From an uncultured Marinoscillum sp. (GTDB lineage: Bacteria; Bacteroidota; Bacteroidia; Cytophagales; MED-G16), in contig CAYXSW010000006.1 in assembly GCA_964467915.1 (NCBI GenBank), positions 3,915-67,914 of the forward strand: a stretch of DNA of 64,000 nucleotides, read 5' to 3'. Under the pieces are notes generated by a model. That model was not told the DNA's origin. It ran no database searches and saw only the letters and a program-made list of their open reading frames with translations. A program made the position numbers and the translations under genes. Shown here in pieces: positions 1-9,735 of this stretch (its first letter is position 1; the number at the start of each line of letters is the position of its first letter).

Positions 1-791
1 TCAATTGCTTTATCAATCATTTTCTCAATGCTAGATGTAGCTTGAAGAACTGAATATTGTGAATGGTTATGAAGATGAGCAAATTCTATACTTTCTGAAA
101 TTAATTTTTTTTCCTTATTTAAGGTCTCATTTTTACTTTTGTTTTTGTTATCAAAATTTGATTTTAATAATATTGGTCCTTCATATGATATTTGATTAGG
201 ATTTAAATCTTCATTCTGATATTCACCTTTTTTAACTAATTCAAAAAAACATTTTGCAGTTGCATTAACATCATATGAAGCATCATGTGCATCAGAAAAC
301 TTTTCGCCAAATAAGATCTCATACATTTCGATCAGCTTTGGCATTTTTAATCTTCCTCCAAACCCACCTTTTAGATTACAAAATGCTTTTGAAATAAAAC
401 CTGTATCTATTTTCTTTTTTTTGTCTAATTCAGATTCAAATTTTAGTCTAAAGTGTTCTGCTCCTAAAATTTTAATGTCAAAATTTATATTATGGCCTAT
501 TATATATTTTGATTTCTTTAGATCACTTTCAAATTTTAATATTGTTTCATTTAATTCCTTCCCCTTTTTAATTGCTATTTCTGTAGAAATTCCATGAACT
601 TTTTCTGAGTTATAAGGAATTGTAAATCCATCTGGTTTAATTATTATCGAATCATTTGATAAGAGTTCACCATTTTCATTATTAAGTTGCCATGCCAGCT
701 GTACTAGCCTAGGCCAGTTATCACTATCCGAGATATCAGCTTTGAAGTTTTTTGGCAATCCAGTAGTTTCTGTGTCAAATGTTAAAAACAT
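1..791 (-). CDS. dnaE: DNA polymerase III alpha subunit (DnaE), 5' part only, with N-terminal fused DEDDh 3'-5' exonuclease domain; continues past left edge
   Basis: Not in ORF track because it is open to the window edge. My translation from ATG 791..789 gives MFLTFDTETTGLPK (Exo I), YIIGHNINFDIKIL (Exo II) and SDAHDASYDVNA (Exo III, H-x4-D). A K/N-rich linker follows, then IEFAHLHNHSQYSVLQATSS, a PHP-domain start typical of DnaE. Confidence 0.8.
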   Translation of the reverse strand, partial: MFLTFDTETTGLPKNFKADISDSDNWPRLVQLAWQLNNENGELLSNDSIIIKPDGFTIPYNSEKVHGISTEIAIKKGKELNETILKFESDLKKSKYIIGHNINFDIKILGAEHFRLKFESELDKKKKIDTGFISKAFCNLKGGFGGRLKMPKLIEMYEILFGEKFSDAHDASYDVNATAKCFFELVKKGEYQNEDLNPNQISYEGPILLKSNFDNKNKSKNETLNKEKKLISESIEFAHLHNHSQYSVLQATSSIEKMIDKAI

Positions 792-794
792 GGT

Positions 795-1412
795 TTATGA
801 TTGGATTTCAATGATTTTTTTATTTTTGAAATAATCATCTGAATATATACTATCTATGTTATAAATCGTAAATCTTTTATTAATATTTATCAACTCTTTG
901 TCAACATCTCCTCCCTTAAACAAAATAATTTTCCCTTTTTTTTTCAATGACTTTTTAGACCATTTTAAAATGTTTTGAATTGATGAAACAGATCTACATA
1001 TTATGATGTCTGCATTTAATTCTAAATTTTCAATTCTATCATTATAGGTTTTAACATTTACTAACTTTATTTCATTAATAATTTCATTAACTGATTTTAT
1101 TTTTTTTCTAATTGAGTCTACAAGAATAAATTTATTGTCCTTATAAAATATTGCTAATGGAATTCCAGGTATTCCACCTCCAGTTCCTAGGTCAATTATT
1201 TTTATTTTTCTTTTTGGTATTAAGTTAAATTTGACAACAGAAAGGGAGTGAAGAATATGATGTAAATAGAAGTTTTCAAAATCTTTCCTTGATATTAAAT
1301 TTATTTTTAAGTTTATTTTTTCATAAATATCAAATAATTTTTTATAAGTATTTAGTTTGTTTTCTGAAATATCTAAGTGATATTTTTTGAGAAGATTAAA
1401 GTGTTTTTGCAT
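795..1412 (-). CDS. rsmG: 16S rRNA (guanine527-N7)-methyltransferase RsmG/GidB
   Basis: 205 aa. SAM-binding motif IIDLGTGGGIPGIPLAI; length and layout typical of RsmG. Confidence 0.9.
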   Translation of the reverse strand: MQKHFNLLKKYHLDISENKLNTYKKLFDIYEKINLKINLISRKDFENFYLHHILHSLSVVKFNLIPKRKIKIIDLGTGGGIPGIPLAIFYKDNKFILVDSIRKKIKSVNEIINEIKLVNVKTYNDRIENLELNADIIICRSVSSIQNILKWSKKSLKKKGKIILFKGGDVDKELININKRFTIYNIDSIYSDDYFKNKKIIEIQS

Positions 1413-1413
1413 C

Positions 1414-2022
1414 TTAAATTTGAGACTTTTTGTCTTTTAAGATTTCATATAATAATTCTCTTGCTCTAAATAATTGAGCTTTAATAGTGCCTAAGGGTGA
1501 TTTTGTTTTTTCAGCAATTTCATTATAAGATAGTTCTTCAAAATATCTATACTTAATTAAATTTTCATATTTGTCTGGGAGTTTGGATACAAATTTTCTT
1601 ACTAACATAATTTTTTGTTTGTGAATAGCTTCCTCTCCAGGTGTCTTGTCAAGATCTTTTACATCTATGTCAATATTTCTACCACTATCATCTTTAAATG
1701 TTGTATTCAGGCTTGTTGTTTTTAATTTTTTCTTCCTAATAAAATCTATTGTATTATTCGTAGCTATTCTAAATAACCATGTTGAAAATGTATAATCCTT
1801 TTTAAATTTATCTATCTTATTAAATGCTTTTGAAAATGCTTCAATTGTAAGGTCTTCTGCATCGTCTGGGTCTTTGATCATTTTTAAAATTGTAAAATAT
1901 ATTGAGTTTTTATAATTAGCCATTAATTCTGCAAATGCATTTTGATCATTGTGAGCTATTGCTGCATCAATTAATTCAAAGTCTCTTAACGCTTTTTTTG
2001 AAAATTTTCTTTTTTTATCCAT
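1414..2022 (-). CDS. RNA polymerase sigma-70 family factor, ECF-type
   Basis: 202 aa. Region 2 is FSTWLFRIATNNTIDFIRKKK and the region 4 HTH is LSYNEIAEKTKSPLGTIKAQLFRARELL. No anti-sigma gene is adjacent. Confidence 0.85.
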   Translation of the reverse strand: MDKKRKFSKKALRDFELIDAAIAHNDQNAFAELMANYKNSIYFTILKMIKDPDDAEDLTIEAFSKAFNKIDKFKKDYTFSTWLFRIATNNTIDFIRKKKLKTTSLNTTFKDDSGRNIDIDVKDLDKTPGEEAIHKQKIMLVRKFVSKLPDKYENLIKYRYFEELSYNEIAEKTKSPLGTIKAQLFRARELLYEILKDKKSQI

Positions 2023-2062
2023 TAATGGGTATAATATTGAGTAAAATTTGCTTAACTAAAAT

Positions 2063-3190
2063 ATGTTCTTCAAATTAACACATAGATCATCAAAATCAAA
2101 CGCTAGGGTTGGTAAAATTTTTACTAGTAGAGGCCAAATAGATACTCCTATATTTATGCCTGTAGGAACTCTAGGTACTGTTAAAGGTGTTTTCCAGGAT
2201 GATTTGATAAAAAAAATAAATGCTCAAATTATTTTATCAAATAATTACCATTTATATCTGAGACCTGGTCTTGATATTTTAAGTGCATCAGATGGTCTTC
2301 ATAAGTTTATAAAATGGGATAGGCCGATATTAACAGATTCTGGTGGTTATCAAGTATTTTCTTTATCTAAAAACGTAAAAATTAAAAATGAAGGTGTTTA
2401 CTTTTCATCTCATATAGATGGATCAAAACATTTATTTTCACCCGAATCTGTTATCAAGTCTCAGAATATAATTGGTTCAGATATATGTATGGTTTTAGAC
2501 GAATGTTTGCCTTATCCGTGTGATTACTCATACGCAAGTAAATCTTTAGTTCTAACACACAAATGGTTAGATAGATCAATTTCCCAATTCAATAAAACAG
2601 ATTTTAATTATGGTCATAAACAATTCCTTTTTCCAATTGTCCAAGGTGGTACTTTTAAAGATTTAAGAATACAATCATCTGAATTTATTTCTGAGAAAGA
2701 TTTACCAGGAAATGCTATTGGGGGTCTTTCTGTAGGAGAGCCTAAAGATGTTATATATGAAAATGTTGATTTAGTATGTTCGATATTACCTAAAGACAAG
2801 CCTAGGTACTTAATGGGTGTAGGGACTCCTGAAAATATTTTAGAATGTATTTCATTAGGTGTAGATATGTTTGATTGTGTTATGCCTACAAGAAATGGAA
2901 GAAATGGAATGCTATTTACATCAGAAGGCTCAATAAATATTAAGAATAAAAAATGGGAGAAAGATTTTTCTCCTATTGATGTTAATTTAGATCATTATAG
3001 TTCCAATTTTTCAAAAGCTTATCTTAGACATCTTATAATAAACAAAGAAATTTTAGGCTCACAAATTGCAAGTTTTCATAACTTAAATTTTTATTTGTGG
3101 TTAGTTAAAGAAGCGAGAAAGAACATAAAAGATGATACATTTCATGAATGGAAGGATCTTATGATACCTAAACTTAATAAAAGACTTTAG
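2063..3190 (+). CDS. tgt: tRNA-guanine transglycosylase (queuine tRNA-ribosyltransferase)
   Basis: 375 aa. Motifs TPIFMPVGT, ILTDSGGYQVFSL, GGLSVGEP and CVMPTRNGRNG. Confidence 0.95.
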   Translation: MFFKLTHRSSKSNARVGKIFTSRGQIDTPIFMPVGTLGTVKGVFQDDLIKKINAQIILSNNYHLYLRPGLDILSASDGLHKFIKWDRPILTDSGGYQVFSLSKNVKIKNEGVYFSSHIDGSKHLFSPESVIKSQNIIGSDICMVLDECLPYPCDYSYASKSLVLTHKWLDRSISQFNKTDFNYGHKQFLFPIVQGGTFKDLRIQSSEFISEKDLPGNAIGGLSVGEPKDVIYENVDLVCSILPKDKPRYLMGVGTPENILECISLGVDMFDCVMPTRNGRNGMLFTSEGSINIKNKKWEKDFSPIDVNLDHYSSNFSKAYLRHLIINKEILGSQIASFHNLNFYLWLVKEARKNIKDDTFHEWKDLMIPKLNKRL

Positions 3191-4264
3191 ATGAATATTT
3201 TAAATAAATATATTTTAAAGAAATTTTTAAAAACTTTCCTTTTTGTCGTAGCTATAATGGTTCTTGTTGTAGTTGTAATTGATTTCTCAGAAAAAAATCA
3301 TAAATTCATTAAAAACAAACTTTCATGGAATGAGATTATAGGATATTATTATGGTTTTATTCCCTATATAACTTCCTTAGTAACTCCAATAACTGCATTT
3401 ATTGCAACAGTTTATGTTACAGCTCAATTGTCTATGCGATCTGAATTAATTGCTATTTTATCTACTGGTAAAAGTTTATTTTCAGTTATTAGGTCATTCT
3501 TCTTTGGCGCTGTTATTATAGCATCGTTAAGTTTTATTCTAAATGGTTGGATTATTCCTCACTTAAATAAAGATAGAGTCTCTTTTGAGGTTATGTATAT
3601 TAGAAGTCCTTATTATTTTTCAGATAAAAATGTTCATTTTAAGGTAAGTGATAACTCTTATCTTTACCTTGAAAGATATGATAATAATATGGAGATAGGT
3701 TACAATGTGACTCTTGAAAATTTTGATGGAGTTAAATTGAAAAGTAAGTTGTTTGCTAGGCAAATAATTTGGAAAAATGAGTTGAAAAAATGGCGTCTAA
3801 AGAGTTGGAGGAAAAGAGATCTGTTGGATAAAGGAGAAAAGATTCAGGATGGTTTTGAATTAGATACTACTCTTCTAGTAAGACCATCTGATTTTGATAA
3901 TAACTACAGATTAAGTGAGACATTTACAATGGGTGAACTTGATGAATTTATTGAATTGCAATTATTAAGAGGTGCTGATGATATAGATTTGTATAAAATT
4001 GAAAAATATATAAGAATAGCCCAGCCATTTACTGTAATATTATTAGTTATTCTTGGTGTAATTATTTCCTCAAAAAAGTCTAGACAAGGTACTGGTTATC
4101 TTATTACTTTAGGGTTTTCTTTCGCATTTGCATTTATTATATCTTTTGTGATGTCAAGAGCATTTGCTGAAAACGGTAGTATTAATCCTTTGTTTGCAGT
4201 ATGGCTTCCCAATATAATTTTTGGAATGATAACAATTTACTTTTATAGAATAATTCCTAAATAA
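3191..4264 (+). CDS. LptF/LptG (YjgP/YjgQ) family LPS export permease
   Basis: 357 aa. N-terminus MNILNKYILKKFLKTFLFVV, TM segments flanking a large soluble insert, C-terminal TM cluster. Starts immediately after the tgt stop. Confidence 0.8.
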   Translation: MNILNKYILKKFLKTFLFVVAIMVLVVVVIDFSEKNHKFIKNKLSWNEIIGYYYGFIPYITSLVTPITAFIATVYVTAQLSMRSELIAILSTGKSLFSVIRSFFFGAVIIASLSFILNGWIIPHLNKDRVSFEVMYIRSPYYFSDKNVHFKVSDNSYLYLERYDNNMEIGYNVTLENFDGVKLKSKLFARQIIWKNELKKWRLKSWRKRDLLDKGEKIQDGFELDTTLLVRPSDFDNNYRLSETFTMGELDEFIELQLLRGADDIDLYKIEKYIRIAQPFTVILLVILGVIISSKKSRQGTGYLITLGFSFAFAFIISFVMSRAFAENGSINPLFAVWLPNIIFGMITIYFYRIIPK

Positions 4265-4744
4265 TTAAAAGTAAATAAGTTCTATTTGATTTTTAAAGAT
4301 ATCTAAAACACTATCACCATTATCAATACCTCTTAGCTTAGATTCAAGCTCTTCGGTATTTTGATACCTAATCATTATTGCTATGTCAAGTATTTCTATA
4401 ATTTCAGTTATGGCATCATCTTTGGTTATAAACTGTGACTTAATTTTACTTTTGTAAAATTTAGGGCTAATAACTTTTTTTAATGCGAAATATATTGGCT
4501 GTTTTTCTATTTTTACTAAAGTGGTACTTCTGGTTGGGGTAGGGGGGTCTTCCCATTTGTAAGCAAGATCAACTAATTTGATTTTTCTTGCTACCTCTTG
4601 TCCTAAAAAATGTGATTTAATATATTGATAGTCTTCTAATATTTTTTCATCTAAACTTGAGGCAATAAAATCAAATTCAAGTTTTTGGGCATTACTCTTT
4701 ATTGATAAAAGTGAGATGGTCAATAATAGAAATAATTTTTTCAT
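4265..4744 (-). CDS. hypothetical secreted protein
   Basis: 159 aa with signal peptide MKKLFLLLTISLLSIKSNAQ. No recognisable motif. A perfect -7 box lies 5 nt upstream of the ATG. Confidence 0.6.
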   Translation of the reverse strand: MKKLFLLLTISLLSIKSNAQKLEFDFIASSLDEKILEDYQYIKSHFLGQEVARKIKLVDLAYKWEDPPTPTRSTTLVKIEKQPIYFALKKVISPKFYKSKIKSQFITKDDAITEIIEILDIAIMIRYQNTEELESKLRGIDNGDSVLDIFKNQIELIYF

Positions 4745-4749
4745 AGCGA

Positions 4750-4757
4750 CAAAATTA
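4750..4757 (-). promoter_or_regulatory. putative Bacteroidota -7 promoter box TAATTTTG, 5 nt upstream of ATG 4744
   Basis: Plus strand caaaatta is TAATTTTG on the minus strand, a perfect TAnnTTTG. It is followed by tcgct and then ATG. Confidence 0.45.
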
Positions 4758-4768
4758 TTTATTAATTC

Positions 4769-4797
4769 ATTAATAATAAAATTATTTTATTATTAAT
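4769..4797. repeat. perfect 14-1-14 A/T-only palindrome (attaataataaaat t attttattattaat)
   Basis: Read directly. Arms are 4769..4782 and 4784..4797. It overlaps a second inverted repeat, ttattaat (4759..4766) / attaataa (4769..4776). It sits between the pgk stop (4806) and the -7 box at 4750..4757. Confidence 0.6.
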
Positions 4798-4805
4798 ATT
4801 TTAAA

Positions 4806-5993
4806 TTACAATTTTAATAATTTTAATGAAGGTAGTGTACCTTTTACAATATATTCAAGTAAAGCACCGCCTCCAGTAGATATAAACGAAATATTGTTAT
4901 TATTGTTAATTGCTGCAATTGAATCTCCTCCTCCAACTAATGAATATGCACCATTTATTGTTGACTCTGATATTGCTTCACTTACTTTAAATGTTCCTTC
5001 TGAAAATTCATTAACTTCAAATACTCCCATAGGTCCGTTCCATATAATAGTTTTAGATTTAGAAATAATACTTGTGAAGTTTTTAATTGTTTCAATTCCT
5101 ATATCAAAACCACTTAATTTATCTGGGATATCAAATGAGTTATATGTACTTACTTTATTTATTTCACTAATAGAATTTGAGCACAAAACATCTACAGGTA
5201 ATAAAATATTAACATTATTTTCTTTGGCTTGATTTAATAATTTACCTGCTACATTTAATTTATCTTCTTCATATATTGAATTTCCAATGTTTCCTCCAAG
5301 ATATTTAATGAAAGTATTAGCCATTGCACCTCCTATCAATATATTATCAACGACTTTAATCAATTTTTCAATAACACCAATTTTATCAGAAACTTTAGAT
5401 CCTCCTAGAATTGCAGTAAAGGGCGGTTTATTTTTAAAAAATAATTTATTTATATTTTTTAATTCTTGATCAACTAATAGACCAACACAGCACTCATTAA
5501 TATGATTAATAATTGCATTTGTAGATGCATGGGATCTATGACAAGTTCCAAATGCGTCGTTTATATAAACATCTGCAAACGAACTTAATACTTTAGCAAA
5601 ATTTTTGTTATTAGATTTTTCTTCTGGATAAAATCTTAAATTTTCTAAAAGTATTATTTTATTTTTTTCCAAATATTTATTTATTGAAAAATCATTAGAA
5701 TAATAATCACTAACAAGTGGGATCTTAATTTTGAATATATTTTCGAGATAGCTTATTATGTTCTCTAAAGAAAATTTTTTTTCATATCCTTTACCTCTAG
5801 GCCTCCCAAGGTGAGACATTATAATGCATTTCCCTCTATTTTCTAAGACATACTTTATTGACTTAATACCATTATCGATTCTTGTAGTATCTGAAATTTT
5901 TAGATTTTCTTTTAATGGTACATTAAAATCAACTCTAACTATTGCTACTTTATCCTTAAAATCTATATCAATTATACTCTTACATTTCAACAT
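4806..5993 (-). CDS. pgk: phosphoglycerate kinase
   Basis: 395 aa. Motifs RVDFNVPL, MSHLGRPRG and STGGGALLEY. Confidence 0.95.
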   Translation of the reverse strand: MLKCKSIIDIDFKDKVAIVRVDFNVPLKENLKISDTTRIDNGIKSIKYVLENRGKCIIMSHLGRPRGKGYEKKFSLENIISYLENIFKIKIPLVSDYYSNDFSINKYLEKNKIILLENLRFYPEEKSNNKNFAKVLSSFADVYINDAFGTCHRSHASTNAIINHINECCVGLLVDQELKNINKLFFKNKPPFTAILGGSKVSDKIGVIEKLIKVVDNILIGGAMANTFIKYLGGNIGNSIYEEDKLNVAGKLLNQAKENNVNILLPVDVLCSNSISEINKVSTYNSFDIPDKLSGFDIGIETIKNFTSIISKSKTIIWNGPMGVFEVNEFSEGTFKVSEAISESTINGAYSLVGGGDSIAAINNNNNISFISTGGGALLEYIVKGTLPSLKLLKL

Positions 5994-5994
5994 T

Positions 5995-6939
5995 TTATTC
6001 TGCAGATTTAGTTAATCTATCGTTAATTGTTCTACCTATAAGATTATTAGGCATTAAACTTGAGATAATAATATCTATATTTTTCATTTTATCGAGTTTA
6101 TATAGAGAAGAGTAAAGATTTTTACTTGCCTCATCCATTGATGATTTATCTGATAAAATAATTTGATTTTCATATTTAACATATTCATACTTTTTATCAA
6201 AACATAAGATGCCAATTTTTTTATCTTGATGAATTTCACAAAGATTTTTAATATCTCCTAAATATAATTTTTTTCTAGGTGAATAATGATTTTTAAATGA
6301 ACCAGGGTAGTTTTTATTTTTATTTAATATTTCAATATTACCTATTTTTTTTAAGTCATTTAACACCAAACTTCCTAATCTATATACAATAATTTTATTT
6401 TCCTTAAACCCAATAATTGTTGATTCTATTCCTAATTTACAATTGCCGCCTTCTAGAATATAATCTATTCCTCTAGAAAAGTTTTTATGGACATGCTCTG
6501 TTTTAGTTGGTGATATATAACCGAAAATATTAGCACTCGGTGCTGCAACTGGATAATTTAAATTTTCTAGCAATTTAAGAGTGATTGTTTTGTTTGGAAT
6601 TCTAAATGCAACTGTATTTAAATTTGATGTAGTTAGATTTGGAATAATATTTTTTTTTTCAAAAATAATTGTCATTGGACCCGGCCAAAACTTTTCTGCT
6701 AACGCATATACCTTTTCAGGTACATCATTAACATATTTTTTTATTTTATCTAAAGAATCTGTATGACAAATTAACGGATCGTTTTTTGGTCTATTTTTAA
6801 TAGAAAAAATTTTCTCAACAGCATTTATTTTTAAAGCATTACCTGCTAATCCATATACTGTCTCAGTTGGTATTACTACAATTCCATCATCATTTAAGAC
6901 CTTAGCCGCATAATCAATATTTTTTCCAGATTTAATCAT
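5995..6939 (-). CDS. tsaC: L-threonylcarbamoyladenylate synthase (Sua5/TsaC, YrdC domain + Sua5 C-terminal domain)
   Basis: 314 aa. Motifs VVIPTETVYGLAGNA, KIFSIKNRPKNDPLICH and PVAAPSAN, plus a C-terminal extension of about 100 aa. Confidence 0.88.
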   Translation of the reverse strand: MIKSGKNIDYAAKVLNDDGIVVIPTETVYGLAGNALKINAVEKIFSIKNRPKNDPLICHTDSLDKIKKYVNDVPEKVYALAEKFWPGPMTIIFEKKNIIPNLTTSNLNTVAFRIPNKTITLKLLENLNYPVAAPSANIFGYISPTKTEHVHKNFSRGIDYILEGGNCKLGIESTIIGFKENKIIVYRLGSLVLNDLKKIGNIEILNKNKNYPGSFKNHYSPRKKLYLGDIKNLCEIHQDKKIGILCFDKKYEYVKYENQIILSDKSSMDEASKNLYSSLYKLDKMKNIDIIISSLMPNNLIGRTINDRLTKSAE

Positions 6940-8084
6940 TTTTTAAATAATAGAGAAGAGTCACCATAGCTTAAAAATCTAAATTTTTTTTGAGAAGCGA
7001 ACTTATAAACTTTTCTCCAGTCTTCACCAATAAATGCAGCAATTAATAGAATTAAAGTTGATTTAGGATAATGAAAATTAGTTATTAATTGATTACAAAA
7101 TTTAAAATTGTAACCAGGTAGTATAAATATACTTGATCGGAATTTTATTAAGTTTAAATTATTTGATTCCATAAAATTTAAAATAAAATTACATATTTCA
7201 TTTTTACTATAATTTTTATTTACCTTTTCATAAGGATATTGTTCGATATTTAGATCATTTTTTTTGTTTAAAATTTTTATTCCAAGATAATATAATGACT
7301 CTAATGTCCTTAAACTAGTTGTTCCTACAGCAATTATATTTTTTGATTTTTTTAAATTCATAATATTTTTTTTTGAAACAATCATTTCTTCAGAATGCAT
7401 ATTGTGATTTATAATTTTTTTTTTGCTTATTGGTTTGAAAGTTCCAATTCCAACATGTAGTGTTAAGTAATCAGTAGTATTATCCAATTTTAATTTTTCA
7501 ATTATTTTTTTAGTAAAATGTAACCCTGCTGTTGGTGATGCAATGGACCCATCAATTTTAGAATAAACTGTCTGATAATCATTTAAATCACTTTCTTCTA
7601 TATTTCTTTTAATGTAGGGGGGTAGTGGTAGTGTGCCAAAAATTTCAATGATTTCTCTCCATTTTCTTTTTTTATTCCATGAAATTAAAATCTTTTTATT
7701 TTCTTTTATTGCTTTTAATTCTATAGAATTTTTTTTAGAAATTAATATTTCTTTCTCTTTCCACTTCTTATTGTTTCCAACTAAAGCGTTTATCTCAACA
7801 CTACTATGACTTAATTTTTTAGTATTAATTAATAAAATTTCAATTTTTGTTTTTTCATTTTTGTGAAATAAAAACCTACTATTAATTACTCTAGTATCAT
7901 TAAAATATATTGTAGAGTTTTTTGGAATATAATTATCTATATTTTTAAATTCTGTATTTATTATTTCTTTCGGATTATATACAAGCAATTTTGAGTTTTC
8001 TCTTTTATTTGCAGGATATAAGGCTATATTTTTTTTTGGAAGTATATAATTATAATCTTCCAGATTAAGATTTTCATCTAACAC
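6936..8084 (-). CDS. queA: S-adenosylmethionine:tRNA ribosyltransferase-isomerase
   Basis: 382 aa. Motifs GTLPLPPYIKR, LHVGIGTFKP and AVGTTSLRTLES. The only start that keeps the conserved N-terminus is GTG at 8084. Overlaps tsaC by 4 nt. Confidence 0.9.
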   Translation of the reverse strand: MLDENLNLEDYNYILPKKNIALYPANKRENSKLLVYNPKEIINTEFKNIDNYIPKNSTIYFNDTRVINSRFLFHKNEKTKIEILLINTKKLSHSSVEINALVGNNKKWKEKEILISKKNSIELKAIKENKKILISWNKKRKWREIIEIFGTLPLPPYIKRNIEESDLNDYQTVYSKIDGSIASPTAGLHFTKKIIEKLKLDNTTDYLTLHVGIGTFKPISKKKIINHNMHSEEMIVSKKNIMNLKKSKNIIAVGTTSLRTLESLYYLGIKILNKKNDLNIEQYPYEKVNKNYSKNEICNFILNFMESNNLNLIKFRSSIFILPGYNFKFCNQLITNFHYPKSTLILLIAAFIGEDWRKVYKFASQKKFRFLSYGDSSLLFKK

Positions 8085-8095
8085 CAGTATTAGAT

Positions 8096-9133
8096 TTATG
8101 GTCTAAGTTTTCTTACTTCATTTCCTGTTCTCCATAATTCAGAGTCTTTTAACTCTGATAATTCTTTGTCTAGCCCCTCTCTATAATTACTTTTTTTATT
8201 AGCCTCAATAGTTATTTTAGCTTCTTCTCCACTTTCAACAGATTCATAAAGTTCTTCAAAAACTGGGTAGACTGCGTCTCTAAACTTTTTCCACCAATCT
8301 AGAGCCCCTCTTTGTGCCGTAGTAGAACAATTTGCATACATCCAATCCATTCCATTCTCAGCAACAAGTGGATATAAAGATTGGGTTGCTTCTTCTACAG
8401 TTTCATTAAATGCCTCTGATGGAGAGTGTCCTTTTTTTCTTAAAATAGCGTATTGGGCAGCAAATAAACCTTGAATAGCTCCCATAAGTGTCCCTCTTTC
8501 TCCTGTCAAATCACTAAAAACTTCTTTTTTAAATGTTGTCTCGAACAAATACCCTGATCCAACACCTATACCCAATGAAATAACTTTATCTCTTGCCTTA
8601 CCACTATAATCCTGATGAATAGCAAAACTTGAATTTAATCCATTTCCCTCTACAAATAGTCTTCTCAAACTTGTTCCAGATCCTTTAGGAGCAACTAAGA
8701 TAACATCAATATCATTTGGAGGTATTATGTTAGTTTGATCTTTATAAGTAATACCAAAACCATGAGAAAAGTAAAGTGTTTTGCCATTTGTTAAATATTT
8801 TTTAACAGTGGGCCACACTTGAATTTGTCCAGCATCTGATAATAGATATTGAATTATAGTTCCCCTTTTACATGCTTCTTCTATTTCAAACAAATTTTCA
8901 CCTTCTACCCATCCGTCTGACAAAGCTTTGTCCCATGACTTTGAATTTTTTCTTTGACCTATTATAACATTAAACCCATTGTCTTTTAAGTTAAGGGATT
9001 GACCAGGTCCCTGAACTCCATATCCAATTATTGATATTGTATCATTTTTTAGATATTCTACTGCTTTTGAAAGAGGATATTCTTCTCTCGTTACAACTTC
9101 TTCTAGACTTCCTCCAAAATTTATTTTTGCCAT
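8096..9133 (-). CDS. ilvC: ketol-acid reductoisomerase (class I)
   Basis: 345 aa. Rossmann motif IIGYGVQGPGQSLNLKDNG and CSTTAQRGALDW. Confidence 0.95.
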   Translation of the reverse strand: MAKINFGGSLEEVVTREEYPLSKAVEYLKNDTISIIGYGVQGPGQSLNLKDNGFNVIIGQRKNSKSWDKALSDGWVEGENLFEIEEACKRGTIIQYLLSDAGQIQVWPTVKKYLTNGKTLYFSHGFGITYKDQTNIIPPNDIDVILVAPKGSGTSLRRLFVEGNGLNSSFAIHQDYSGKARDKVISLGIGVGSGYLFETTFKKEVFSDLTGERGTLMGAIQGLFAAQYAILRKKGHSPSEAFNETVEEATQSLYPLVAENGMDWMYANCSTTAQRGALDWWKKFRDAVYPVFEELYESVESGEEAKITIEANKKSNYREGLDKELSELKDSELWRTGNEVRKLRP

Positions 9134-9144
9134 AGTTATATAAT

Positions 9145-9735
9145 TTAAATATTTAATTTATTTGATCTTGTTTTTTCCAGTTCTTTTAAAAAATTAACAG
9201 TTTTTCTTTTCTTTTTTGAAAGAGCTACTCTTCCTGATCTAGCAAATTCAAGAATTTCTCCAAATTTATCTAAATCATTATATAATTTTTGAGTTTCAAT
9301 TTTACTTCCAGTTTTTTGGATTATGGTATGTTGTTTTTCTATAACAAGAATTTTTGCTCCATGAGATTTAATTAATTTTTCTACTTTTTGACCTTTTAAA
9401 AATATTTTAGTAGGTAGTTTATATAAAGCAATTTCTTGGAAATAAATTTCACTTTCATCATATAAAAATGCTCCTAAGACATCGACTAACTTATTTATGC
9501 TGTTTAAAATTTTAATTATTTTCTCTTTACTTGAGTTAACCACAATTGTAAATCTACTTACACCTTTAACCTCAGTTGTAGATACATTCAAGCTATTTAT
9601 ATTCATTTTTCTCCTATTGAATATAATAGTAATATGATTTAGGAGCCCAGCTTTATCTTCAGTTAAGACTGATAGAGTATATTCCTCAATTTTATTTTCT
9701 GAATCTCTTAATTGGTATAATCCTTTCTTTTTCAT
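9145..9735 (-). CDS. ilvN: acetolactate synthase small (regulatory) subunit
   Basis: 196 aa. ACT-domain start YTLSVLTEDKAGLLNHITIIFNRRKMNINSLNVS. Overlaps ilvB by 4 nt. Confidence 0.85.
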   Translation of the reverse strand: MKKKGLYQLRDSENKIEEYTLSVLTEDKAGLLNHITIIFNRRKMNINSLNVSTTEVKGVSRFTIVVNSSKEKIIKILNSINKLVDVLGAFLYDESEIYFQEIALYKLPTKIFLKGQKVEKLIKSHGAKILVIEKQHTIIQKTGSKIETQKLYNDLDKFGEILEFARSGRVALSKKKRKTVNFLKELEKTRSNKLNI

